A stretch of 56,674 bases of DNA from a virus. Lineage: Duplodnaviria > Caudoviricetes. The DNA lies in the IMG/VR virus record IMGVR_UViG_3300034072_002225, positions 1-56,674 of that record. The stretch is one strand, 5' to 3'. Numbering within the stretch: the first letter of the stretch is position 1; every line of letters starts with the position of its first letter. This document shows, one piece after another, positions 45,872 through 53,582 of this stretch. The translations under genes were made by a program, and so were the position numbers. The notes below the pieces were generated by a model, which was not told the DNA's origin, ran no database searches, and saw only the letters and a program-made list of their open reading frames with translations.

Positions 45872-46117
45872 ATGCGCAGTGCTGGCCGCCCCTCGATGCC
45901 CCTCGACCAATCGGTCGGCTTCGCACCCCGCGTTCGGATCGTTTGCCAGTGCCCGGGCGGGGTGGGTATCTGCGGGCATTCGGTGATCATGCGCACCGAG
46001 GACCTGTATGCTGCGGCGCCGGGGGCAGTCACCGAGAAGCAGTTTCGCGATCGGCTGCGGTGCAGGAAGTGTGGGAATCGCAGTTGGGCGCGGATTGAGG
46101 CGGCTGGGCGCGGTTAG
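45872..46117 (+). CDS. Small zinc-ribbon protein, SOS-boxed
   Basis: CQC..CGH..RLRCRKCG; 81 aa. Confidence 0.75.
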   Translation: MRSAGRPSMPLDQSVGFAPRVRIVCQCPGGVGICGHSVIMRTEDLYAAAPGAVTEKQFRDRLRCRKCGNRSWARIEAAGRG

Positions 46118-46118
46118 G

Positions 46119-46466
46119 TTATAGCTGCTTCAGCAGCGAGGCCTTCGCGGTGGCGAACTCCTCCTCGGTAAGTGCGCCGCGATCGCGCAGGTTCGCCAGC
46201 TTTCCCAGGGCCTCGGGAATGTCGTTGGACTTTGTCTGTGGCATTTCGTCGATTGCAGGTTCCACCTCGGCGTCTGTTGTGGCGATCGGTGTTGGCGGGG
46301 CTATGGGCGCCGGCACGATGGCCGCGAACAGCAGTCCGAACGGGCCGAAAAAAAGCCCCATGAAGAAGCATGTGACACCGTCGATGCCGCGGGAGCTGCC
46401 TATGACCGCCGAGAACATGCCGAAGACAACTGCGAATATCACAGCCAGCGCGAGAAATGTTTCCAT
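46119..46466 (-). CDS. Membrane protein with SHOCT domain
   Basis: Two TMs with GLFFGPFG; C-terminal EALGKLANLRDRGALTEEEFATAKASLL. Confidence 0.85.
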   Translation of the reverse strand: METFLALAVIFAVVFGMFSAVIGSSRGIDGVTCFFMGLFFGPFGLLFAAIVPAPIAPPTPIATTDAEVEPAIDEMPQTKSNDIPEALGKLANLRDRGALTEEEFATAKASLLKQL

Positions 46467-46493
46467 CTTTATATTCCCCCTTTTGGGGAGAAT

Positions 46494-46691
46494 TTACGGC
46501 TGTCCCAATTCCACGTCCAGCGCAAGGTTGAGCAGTCGGCGGATGGCCTCGGGACGCGAAGGCTGTTCTTCCTGCGCTGATATCCAGGCATCGATCCGGT
46601 CCAGCATTACAGGTTCAATGCGAAGATGCACCGAAAGCGCGCCTGTTTTCGGCCGCCCGCGTTTTCGCGTACCAGATATTGCGTCGGTCAC
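46494..46691 (-). CDS. Ribbon-helix-helix (CopG/Arc-like) regulator
   Basis: KRGRPKTG..VHLRI..LDRIDAW..SRPEAIRRLL. Confidence 0.75.
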   Translation of the reverse strand: MTDAISGTRKRGRPKTGALSVHLRIEPVMLDRIDAWISAQEEQPSRPEAIRRLLNLALDVELGQP

Positions 46692-46772
46692 TATTTTCGC
46701 GTACCTGAAATAGCAGGCCGATGCAAGGTTGCCGCCTCGCATCGGCCCTAACCCACTGCACGGAGGATACCC

Positions 46773-47120
46773 ATGCAACAGGCTGATCATGGCCATAGCG
46801 CCAACCCCGTCGGGAAATCGACCGATAATGCCGAGATCTTTATCGGCGAACCGCTGCGCGCGCTGTACGAGGCCGAGCACCTCGCGGATTATGTGGAGAC
46901 GTTGCTCAGCGTCGGCGAACGGCTGCTGCACGAGGCGATCGAGCAGATCGTGTTTGCGCAGCCGGCCGGCGCCAAGCCGGATGTCCGCCCGCTGGGAGAG
47001 GTGGCCAATCTGATGGGCACCGCGTCGCTGCTGAACGAACTCGGTCGGAAGCAGATGTCGGCGGCGGATGTCGACCTGGAACGCCTGCGCTTTACCGTGA
47101 ACTGGCGGAGGGCGGCATGA
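46773..47120 (+). CDS. Hypothetical protein
   Basis: GGAGG RBS; ATGA-coupled to rha. Confidence 0.7.
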   Translation: MQQADHGHSANPVGKSTDNAEIFIGEPLRALYEAEHLADYVETLLSVGERLLHEAIEQIVFAQPAGAKPDVRPLGEVANLMGTASLLNELGRKQMSAADVDLERLRFTVNWRRAA

Positions 47121-47902
47121 GCGCGGTCGTTCGGATGGACCAGGGGCGCGCGCTGGCGGACAGCCGCGATGTCGCGGATGCGTTCGGGAAGGTGCACAAG
47201 AGTGTGCTGCGGTCGGTAGACGTCCTGCTGTCAGAGCGAGAGGATCTTGGGCACAATTTTGTGCCCAAGATCTACCCGGTGCACACGGCCAAGGGCGCTA
47301 CCCGTTCTGCCCGCGCCTTCGACATGGACCGCAAGGGTTTCATGCTCCTGGTGATGGGCTTCACCGGCGCCAAGGCGCTGTCGGCCAAGGTCGAGTGGAT
47401 CGACGCCTTTGACCGGATGGAAGCCGCGCTGCTCGCGATCGACGCCGACGACGAGGTGGACGAGATCGACGAGGCGCCCGCAGCGCCGTCGATCGGCTAC
47501 TCGGGCGACGAACTGGACGATCTGCTGAAGAAGCTGCGCGTCGTTCGGGAGACGCGGCGGCACTATGGCGCCGAGCAGGCGCGCAAGGTGTGGCGCGAGC
47601 TCGGCATCCTGCCCCATGTGTTCGATCCTTCGGGAACGGACCTGCGGTTGCCCGATCTGCCCGGGGCGGTACTGCCATCGGTGGTGCAGTGGCTGGAAGC
47701 GCGGACGGTGCCGGCGCCGGGACAGCGGGTCGCGTCCTCACGGCTTTACGACGATTATCGCCGCTGGGTGCTCGGTCGCGAGCATGCCGGCGATCCGGCG
47801 ACGATCACCGCCTTCGGCACCGCGCTCAGCAACCTGGGCGTGCACAAGGTGAAGAGCGGCCACGGCCGTAGCCTGCGAATCGGGCGGCAGCTGTTGCACT
47901 GA
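47117..47902 (+). CDS. rha: Rha-family regulator with C-terminal D5-like winged helix
   Basis: DSRDVADAFGK.HK.VLR..MDRKGFMLLVMGFTGAKA..K..WIDAFDRME. Confidence 0.88.
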   Translation: MSAVVRMDQGRALADSRDVADAFGKVHKSVLRSVDVLLSEREDLGHNFVPKIYPVHTAKGATRSARAFDMDRKGFMLLVMGFTGAKALSAKVEWIDAFDRMEAALLAIDADDEVDEIDEAPAAPSIGYSGDELDDLLKKLRVVRETRRHYGAEQARKVWRELGILPHVFDPSGTDLRLPDLPGAVLPSVVQWLEARTVPAPGQRVASSRLYDDYRRWVLGREHAGDPATITAFGTALSNLGVHKVKSGHGRSLRIGRQLLH

Positions 47903-47938
47903 TCTGACTGCCCTTTCGGCGCCACCGGGCCGAACACC

Positions 47939-47964
47939 GCCGCCGGGCAGGCAGGCCCGGCGGC
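47939..47964. terminator. Hairpin between convergent rha and hicB
   Basis: GCCGCCGGGC-AGGCAG-GCCCGGCGGC. Confidence 0.55.
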
Positions 47965-47973
47965 AAGAACGTC

Positions 47974-48450
47974 TCAGGCGCGCTTCCGCGTCGCCAGCTT
48001 CTTCCTGATCACCAGGCGCGTTTTCTGGGGCTTGGGCGCGGACGTGATCGAGGTGCCGGTGCTGTCCAATTTCTTGCCCAGCTTTTCCCGTGCGGCCTCC
48101 GCCAGGAACCGGGAGCGGTTGCTCGCAACGCGGTCGATCTGCGCGAGCAGCTGATCCTCCAGCGTGATCTGGACGCGCACCGCGCGGCCGGGCCGCTCGC
48201 CAGCTACCAGAAGCCTGGCCACCTCGATGCTGTCGCCTTCCGGGTGGATGGCATCGATCGCCGAGGGATCGGGAATCAGGTCGCCGAATTCAGCCATGAC
48301 GGAAAGGTGGCCCTCCAGCGCCTCTTGCGCGCCCTCGGCCGCTTCCTGGGCGGTGCTGCCGGCGGAAACGCAGCCGGGCAGATCCGGGAAGTACACGCCG
48401 AATCCTTCCGGCCCTTTCTCGATGATCGCAGGATAGTAGACGGTTGCCAT
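47974..48450 (-). CDS. hicB: HicB antitoxin
   Basis: YPAII..FGVYFPDLPGCVSAG.T..EA..A.EAL; RHH tail RVQITL..ID..NRSRFLAEAA. Confidence 0.93.
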   Translation of the reverse strand: MATVYYPAIIEKGPEGFGVYFPDLPGCVSAGSTAQEAAEGAQEALEGHLSVMAEFGDLIPDPSAIDAIHPEGDSIEVARLLVAGERPGRAVRVQITLEDQLLAQIDRVASNRSRFLAEAAREKLGKKLDSTGTSITSAPKPQKTRLVIRKKLATRKRA

Positions 48451-48485
48451 TGTCGTTCCCCTCCATGGGATGACAGGGTGGCCGC

Positions 48486-48674
48486 TCAGGGGAGCGGCAC
48501 ACCGGTTTGCTTCGAAATGCTCTTCAACGTGCCGATCGGCAGGTCGCTCTTGGGGTGGGGGACCGTCGCGGTGCCGGGCTTCGTCGGGTGGCGGAAGTGC
48601 TTGTGGCTTCCGGTCTGGCGGACCTCGTACCACCCATCCGCTTCAATCTTCCTGATGACTTCCCGGCTCTTCAT
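48486..48674 (-). CDS. hicA: HicA toxin (mRNA interferase)
   Basis: MKSREVIRKIEADGW..GSHKHFRHPTKPG..TVPHPKSDLPIGTLKSI.KQ.G. Confidence 0.95.
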   Translation of the reverse strand: MKSREVIRKIEADGWYEVRQTGSHKHFRHPTKPGTATVPHPKSDLPIGTLKSISKQTGVPLP

Positions 48675-48689
48675 CACGTCCCCCTATTG

Positions 48690-48706
48690 TGTGTAGCTTA
48701 TACACA
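48690..48706. promoter_or_regulatory. Putative HicB operator
   Basis: TGTGTA-GCTTA-TACACA palindrome upstream of hicA; extra TACACA half-sites at 48734 and 48745. Confidence 0.55.
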
Positions 48707-48813
48707 TGTGGAAGGGGGCGGGCAAGCAGAATATACACATGCGATACACATCGCCGCGTGTGATCGGATGATCAGGCTAGAAAGGAGCGAAGCGGACTAC
48801 GAAGCGCGTATCG

Positions 48814-48827
48814 CTCCTCCGCTACCA
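48814..48827 (+). repeat. attR core CTCCTCCGCTACCA (displaced tRNA 3' end)
   Basis: Exact match to 31..44. Confidence 0.9.
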
Positions 48828-48920
48828 TCCCCAAGAGCCTGAATTAACTTAGAAATATCCTAGGTGAGTGAAGGGTCTTTTGGGACGCTTGGGCGCCAGT
48901 TGGGCGTTCAGTTGGGAAAA

Positions 48921-49976
48921 TCAGCCGCTTTCGAGCTTCCGAATGGTCGATTCTGCAAGCGCGGGATCGCGGCTGAGATAGTGTGAATCCAGGATCTGAT
49001 GGACATCGCGGAGCGAGTGGCCCGTGACCGTTCCGATCTCCGGCGGAGTCGCTCCCGCCAGCGCTAGCCGTGTGACTGCTGTACCCCGCAGATCGTGGAA
49101 GGTGACACCCTCCACCCCCGCCGCGACGCAGGCTTTTCGCCACGAAGCGCGGAAGCCGCTTTCCGTCCAGGGCGTGCCGCGTTCAGTGAGCAGGATGTGC
49201 TCGCCCGCAGCCGGCGCTCGCTCGTCGCGCAGCGCGTCCAGGCGAGCCTTCAGTGGCGCGCCCACGGGAATGATGACCCGCGTGCCGGCATGTCCACGCT
49301 TCCTCCGAACCGTCTTGCGCTGAACCAGCCGCAACGTGCGCCCGTCATAGGCGGCCCAGGTGAGTGCGAGCAGATCGCCCTGCCGCTGACCCGTCCACAG
49401 GGCCAGGGCGAGCGCAAGGTGCAGATGGGCAGGCGCCTTGGCATAGAAAGAGGCTTCGATCTCCGCGGACCAGATCCGCTCCGAGCGAAAGGCGCGATAG
49501 ACCCTGCCGCCGTTGCGACAGGGATTGGCGGTGATCAGGCCACGGTCCAGCGCCCAGGAAAGCACCCGCGCCAGCACCGAATAGCTGTAATCCGCCTGCC
49601 TGCGCGATCGAGTCGCCAGTTGATCGCGCCAGGCCATGAACTCTCCGCGCGTGCGCCGATCCTCCAGCGCCTCGTTGGGAAAATCGCCATAGGCGCGATC
49701 AATGATGCGCAGGTGCTTCGCGTAATCAGCCTGGGTGCGCGGCGCGAGATCGGTGAAGGCGGTGCTGTCCTGAAAGGCATCCAGCAGCGTCCGCAGGACC
49801 GGTGGCCCTTCCTGCCGTTCCTCATCATACGCGCGGTGGTAGCTCGCGATGAACTCACGGGATCCGGGCTCCCCTTCCAGTCGTGGGCCGCCCTTCCAGG
49901 CATAGTAATAGGTGACGATCTGGCCAGAGGAGAGCCGCTTGCGGATGCGGTTCACCCCCTTCAGCTTAACCCGCAT
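48921..49976 (-). CDS. Tyrosine recombinase/integrase
   Basis: TGQRQGD (R), FHDLRGT (HxxR), TGHS, HYL (Y); start MRVKLKGV. Confidence 0.93.
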   Translation of the reverse strand: MRVKLKGVNRIRKRLSSGQIVTYYYAWKGGPRLEGEPGSREFIASYHRAYDEERQEGPPVLRTLLDAFQDSTAFTDLAPRTQADYAKHLRIIDRAYGDFPNEALEDRRTRGEFMAWRDQLATRSRRQADYSYSVLARVLSWALDRGLITANPCRNGGRVYRAFRSERIWSAEIEASFYAKAPAHLHLALALALWTGQRQGDLLALTWAAYDGRTLRLVQRKTVRRKRGHAGTRVIIPVGAPLKARLDALRDERAPAAGEHILLTERGTPWTESGFRASWRKACVAAGVEGVTFHDLRGTAVTRLALAGATPPEIGTVTGHSLRDVHQILDSHYLSRDPALAESTIRKLESG

Positions 49977-50256
49977 TGCGGCCGGCCTTCCAGGCATCAA
50001 ACGGGCTGGCAGGAGCCGCCTCAGCGGCTGCCGTGGCATGGAACAGGATGATCCGGCCATCGGGATCAATCTCGGTTCGCGTGACCTGCAAACCGCCCTT
50101 GTGCGAGGCGCGGATGGCGCGAACGAGATCCGTTGGGCGGAATTTCGGGCGTGCGGACAAGCGAGGCTCCGTCGAAGGGGTGGGATCAGCATTTCGTCGC
50201 CCGGCTGCGGGAAGATGCGGGGCGGCGGAAAAAGGGCGGGCGGAGCTGGGCGTCAT
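49966..50256 (-). CDS. Putative excisionase-like small protein
   Basis: FRPTDLVRAIRA..GL.V..EIDPDGRI..FDAWK; overlaps int start. Start 50256 (ATGA) or TTG 50160. Confidence 0.6.
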   Translation of the reverse strand: MTPSSARPFSAAPHLPAAGRRNADPTPSTEPRLSARPKFRPTDLVRAIRASHKGGLQVTRTEIDPDGRIILFHATAAAEAAPASPFDAWKAGRNAG

Positions 50257-50402
50257 CGTCGACGCTCGCCGAGGATCGCGCCCAGGCTGATCACGAAGAG
50301 CGCGAGCATCACGCCGATCGTCAGCATGCCAATGCCGGCGGCGCGGGCCTGGGTGCGGAGGCGCGGGAGCGCGGGCAGGGGTGGGCGGCGGCCGGCGCGC
50401 AT
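50253..50402 (-). CDS. Small single-TM protein (49 aa)
   Basis: MRAGRRPP..GIGMLTIGVMLALFVISLGAILGERRR; coupled on both sides. Confidence 0.5.
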   Translation of the reverse strand: MRAGRRPPLPALPRLRTQARAAGIGMLTIGVMLALFVISLGAILGERRR

Positions 50403-50404
50403 CC

Positions 50405-50641
50405 TCAGATCCCCAGCGCCTGCTTGTAGGTTTCCAGCAGCATCTCCGCCTCTTCGCGGTGGTGCTTCTCCAGCTTCCGCAGGCGCACGATGGTGCGCAT
50501 CGTCTTCGCGTCGAAGCCGGTGGATTTTGCCTCGGCGTAGACATCGCGAATATCGTCGGTGAGGCCCTTCTTCTCCTCTTCCAGGCGCTCGATGCGTTCG
50601 ATCAGCAGGCGCAGCTGCTCGGCAGAAATATTGTCGCTCAT
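50405..50641 (-). CDS. DUF2312 / GapR-family nucleoid protein
   Basis: [60 protein letters not shown]. Confidence 0.93.
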   Translation of the reverse strand: MSDNISAEQLRLLIERIERLEEEKKGLTDDIRDVYAEAKSTGFDAKTMRTIVRLRKLEKHHREEAEMLLETYKQALGI

Positions 50642-50835
50642 GGGTGCTTTCCGGGTTGGCCGATCATCACCTGCAGGCCGGGGCCGTCGGTGATCGCATC
50701 GGCGAGGAACAGGAGGCCGGTGGAGACGGCCAGGCTGACCGGCGGCGTGGTGCCGATCCTGCCGGCCACGTCGTCGACAGTAAGCCCGGCCGCCTGGCGG
50801 CGCTGGCGGAGATAGGTGCCGGGAGTAGTGGCCAT
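50638..50835 (-). pseudogene. Truncated XRE HTH gene (probable deletion junction)
   Basis: [24 protein letters not shown] start that lacks the recognition-helix/E.G half. Confidence 0.5.
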
Positions 50836-50940
50836 GGGGCGTCCTTTCCTTTTCGGGCAGCAGAAAGCCCTTCCCGGAAGCGGGGGCTCCGGGCTGGGCA
50901 GGTGGTGAGATGATCTGGGCCGGCGCGGCGCCGGCGGGGA

Positions 50941-51234
50941 TCAGCCGGTCACGAGATCGGCGGCGATCCTGTCGTCATTGGCCGGTGGCGGCGGGGCATC
51001 GTCGTTCGCAGGCTGGCGCCATTTGCCCATCGGCAGATGCACCGCCGAATTCGGCCGCATGCTGGGCACCACCATCCGCACCGCCACAAGCTGGGCGACG
51101 AAGATGCAGCCGCAATCATCATTCTTGCAGAGTAGGCGCAGCTCGCGGACGATGGGGGTGATCTGCTCGCTCGTTCGGCAGAACACGGCCGTGCCGCAAT
51201 GCGGGCACGCGAAAAGGCGTCGTTTGGTAGTCAT
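50941..51234 (-). CDS. Ogr/Delta-like zinc-finger activator
   Basis: CPHCG..RTS..C.N..CG..F...L..PS..PN. Confidence 0.88.
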   Translation of the reverse strand: MTTKRRLFACPHCGTAVFCRTSEQITPIVRELRLLCKNDDCGCIFVAQLVAVRMVVPSMRPNSAVHLPMGKWRQPANDDAPPPPANDDRIAADLVTG

Positions 51235-51722
51235 AGGGAGTTCCCCGCGCTCTTCCGCGGCCCCGCGCCGCGGCGAATCATGGCGCGCAGCCGGCGCGCT
51301 ATCGTTTTGGTGGCCTGTTCCAGCTCGGCCGTTTCCGTCATCGCGCGCAGCACATGGGTGCGCGTGGCGGAGGGGCGTGCGGCAACCAGCGAATGTTCCA
51401 CCGCCTCGCCAAATTCCTTCGAAGCCCTGGCAAGCTCTTCGACCAGTGCCTTTCGGCATGGCTCCACTGCAATGGCGCTGCATTCCATGGCGGCCTGGTA
51501 GATTGCGAGCAGCGGGAGGCCATCGCCGCCCGCGTCCGCGAAGGCGAGATCAAGCGCGAGGGCCTGGGCCAGCGTGGGCGTGGTCGCCATATCGGGATCG
51601 GACCATTTGTAGATGGTGCGTTCGCCCACGCCCGCGGCACGCGCGGCGGCGGGCACGCCCAGATAATCGGCGATCTGGGTGACAGCGGCGGACCAGGTGC
51701 CTGGGATACGCGCTTTCGTCAT
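51231..51722 (-). CDS. CII-like regulatory protein
   Basis: AARAAGVGERTIYKWSDPD..QALALD..KEFGEA; between cro and ogr. Confidence 0.7.
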   Translation of the reverse strand: MTKARIPGTWSAAVTQIADYLGVPAAARAAGVGERTIYKWSDPDMATTPTLAQALALDLAFADAGGDGLPLLAIYQAAMECSAIAVEPCRKALVEELARASKEFGEAVEHSLVAARPSATRTHVLRAMTETAELEQATKTIARRLRAMIRRGAGPRKSAGNSL

Positions 51723-52114
51723 GCGTGTGGCCGCCGATCGAACGAGGACTGCCCATCGGTAAGGTTGAGGCTCCGGTCGGCCGAAGCCGCCGGAGCCTCC
51801 GCCGCAGTGCGACCCGCGGGGGTATCGGAGAAGTTGTAGGCGTTCGAAGCAGTCGCCTTATCGTACGCGACTGTGCTGGGGCCGGGCTCTAGGTATTCGG
51901 CGGCAGGATAGAGATCGGGACGAAGGAGTGAGCGCGGGACGCCGGTGGTTTGTTCTACATGGAGTACATGCTCTGCGGGAAGCGGGCGGTCATGCTTGAG
52001 CCAGTGGTTCACCGTCGATTGCCTACGACCGATCAGTCTGCCGAATGCAGACTGCGAGCCCGCTGCGCGAACAGCGAGGGCAAGTGCACTGCTAAGCATC
52101 GTTTCCATACCCAT
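51719..52114 (-). CDS. Cro/YdaS-like protein
   Basis: AVRAAGSQSAFGRLIG..QSTV..W..PAEHV..VE..TGV.R..LRPDLY. Confidence 0.85.
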   Translation of the reverse strand: MGMETMLSSALALAVRAAGSQSAFGRLIGRRQSTVNHWLKHDRPLPAEHVLHVEQTTGVPRSLLRPDLYPAAEYLEPGPSTVAYDKATASNAYNFSDTPAGRTAAEAPAASADRSLNLTDGQSSFDRRPHA

Positions 52115-52122
52115 GGGGCCAC

Positions 52123-52188
52123 CTAACGGAATTCCGGTAGCTTTGTCAACCGGAAGGCAGTTGTGGAGGTCTAACGGCGATCCGTTAG
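52123..52188. promoter_or_regulatory. Three operators of the second switch
   Basis: CTAACGG-N4-CCG(G/T)TAG at 52123 and 52171, degenerate copy at 52147 (24-bp period); TTGACA on the minus strand at 52144..52149. Confidence 0.7.
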
Positions 52189-52198
52189 GGTTCATTGC

Positions 52199-52606
52199 AT
52201 GTCGCTAGGACAACGAATTGATGAGCGCCTGAAGGCAATCGGCATCTCTCAATCCGAGCTGGCTCGTCGGGTGGGGGTCAGGCAGAGCACCATCAACGGG
52301 CTTATCCGCGGCGAGTCTCGCGGTTCAAAGCATCTTCACTCGATCGCGAGAACTCTGCGCACTTCGCCTGGATTTCTCCTAGGTGAAACCAACGATCCTG
52401 CGCCGGAGGCCCCAATCATCGAGCCGGAGCGCCCGGTTCAGTTCGTCACCTTGCAGGTTGCGCTTCCTAGTGAGGACGCGCTTGCCGCGATGTTCCGTGC
52501 CATGCTGCGGATTCTGCCGGAGAACGCGACGGAGGACGAGCGCGCTCAAATTCTCGCTCGGCGTTTGCCAGCTGCTCTTTCGCAGCTTCGAGATCTCGCG
52601 CCGTAA
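52199..52606 (+). CDS. XRE-family repressor without S24 domain
   Basis: LGQRI..GISQSELARRVGVRQSTINGLIRG..IARTL..FLLGE; 135 aa. Confidence 0.88.
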   Translation: MSLGQRIDERLKAIGISQSELARRVGVRQSTINGLIRGESRGSKHLHSIARTLRTSPGFLLGETNDPAPEAPIIEPERPVQFVTLQVALPSEDALAAMFRAMLRILPENATEDERAQILARRLPAALSQLRDLAP

Positions 52607-52757
52607 CCCGGTGCGGGTGCAGCGCCCGATCGCGGTGCAACTGCTCCAGCTCCCGCCACAGATCATCGCGCAGTGCCGCGAACACCGCGCACGAGACTTC
52701 GCACGCTGCGCACCCGTGCCCGCATCCCGGCGATAAGCGCAGCACCGCCTTACACAT
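52467..52757 (-). CDS. SOS-boxed Cys-rich protein (candidate antirepressor)
   Basis: AAGGGG RBS; PGCGHGCAACEVSC then helical region; LexA box just upstream. Confidence 0.55.
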   Translation of the reverse strand: MCKAVLRLSPGCGHGCAACEVSCAVFAALRDDLWRELEQLHRDRALHPHRVTARDLEAAKEQLANAEREFERARPPSRSPAESAAWHGTSRQARPH

Positions 52758-52781
52758 CAAAACGCGCCCCTTAGCTTCAAT

Positions 52782-52796
52782 GTTCTATATATGTTC
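52782..52796 (-). promoter_or_regulatory. Alphaproteobacterial LexA (SOS) box
   Basis: GTTC-TATATAT-GTTC on + (GAAC-N7-GAAC on -). Confidence 0.75.
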
Positions 52797-53083
52797 TAAT
52801 ATTGGGCCGGTGATGCTGTAGGAAAGAGAATAAAATACCTATAAATCAATACCTTGCGTGTAATCGTTCAGGTTTTCCGTGCGTGCTTCCGCCTGCCGCG
52901 CCGGAAAAGTCCCCCAATCGGGTCAACGAACATTTTTGAAGTTGAGTTCGTTTCGGTTGTGGTTGATGTAATATTAACCATAATAATAAAATCGTTCTGT
53001 GCAAACGTATTGAGCATCTTTCTCTATCGAATGATGCTGTGCACATCATCCAAATCGGACCGAAGGCACCACCGGGGGTAAAA

Positions 53084-53518
53084 GTGTCTCAAAGCCGACT
53101 CAGTCAAAGCCAGGAACAATGCCTGGAGCTTGTGGCGCAGGGCATGAGTTCAAAGGAAATAGCGCACCGGCTAGGGCTGTCGCCGCGATCGGTCGACACC
53201 TATCTGGTCAACGCCACGGGCGCGCTGAAAGCCTCCAATCGGCGTGAGGCAGCCCGTATTTTCATGGCGAACAGGGTATCGCAAAAATTACCATCGCAAT
53301 CGGCGCCCCTTGTCGAACCGCCGAAATCTGATGAAGTCCACCGCAGGACGGGACTGGCGCTGCTGAAGCACGCACTGTTCCCGATCCCACTTGGGGGAAC
53401 GGTTCACGAGCTGACCGCAGCGGAGAAGCTGCTCTATTCTGCCAGGATAGGTCTTTCCGGCGTGATAGTGCTGCTGACCATTGCAACTACGTTCATGGGG
53501 CTCCTGGCCGTCTTCTGA
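53084..53518 (+). CDS. LuxR-type HTH protein with C-terminal TM helix
   Basis: LSQSQEQCLELVAQGMSSKEIAHRLGLSPRSVDTYL..LKASNRREAA; C-terminal IGLSGVIVLLTIATTFMGLLAVF. Confidence 0.85.
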   Translation: MSQSRLSQSQEQCLELVAQGMSSKEIAHRLGLSPRSVDTYLVNATGALKASNRREAARIFMANRVSQKLPSQSAPLVEPPKSDEVHRRTGLALLKHALFPIPLGGTVHELTAAEKLLYSARIGLSGVIVLLTIATTFMGLLAVF

Positions 53519-53582
53519 AGTCGATCGAGTGGAAGGAAAGCCGTGCAGCCATGGTGGTTGCGCGAACAGGGGAGCTTTGACG

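Larger units (their letters stand above)
31..48827. mobile_element. Lambda-like siphovirus prophage, apparently complete
   Basis: Direct repeats at both ends; integrase, immunity, replication, packaging, head, tail and lysis modules in canonical order with no obvious broken essential gene. Confidence 0.92.
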
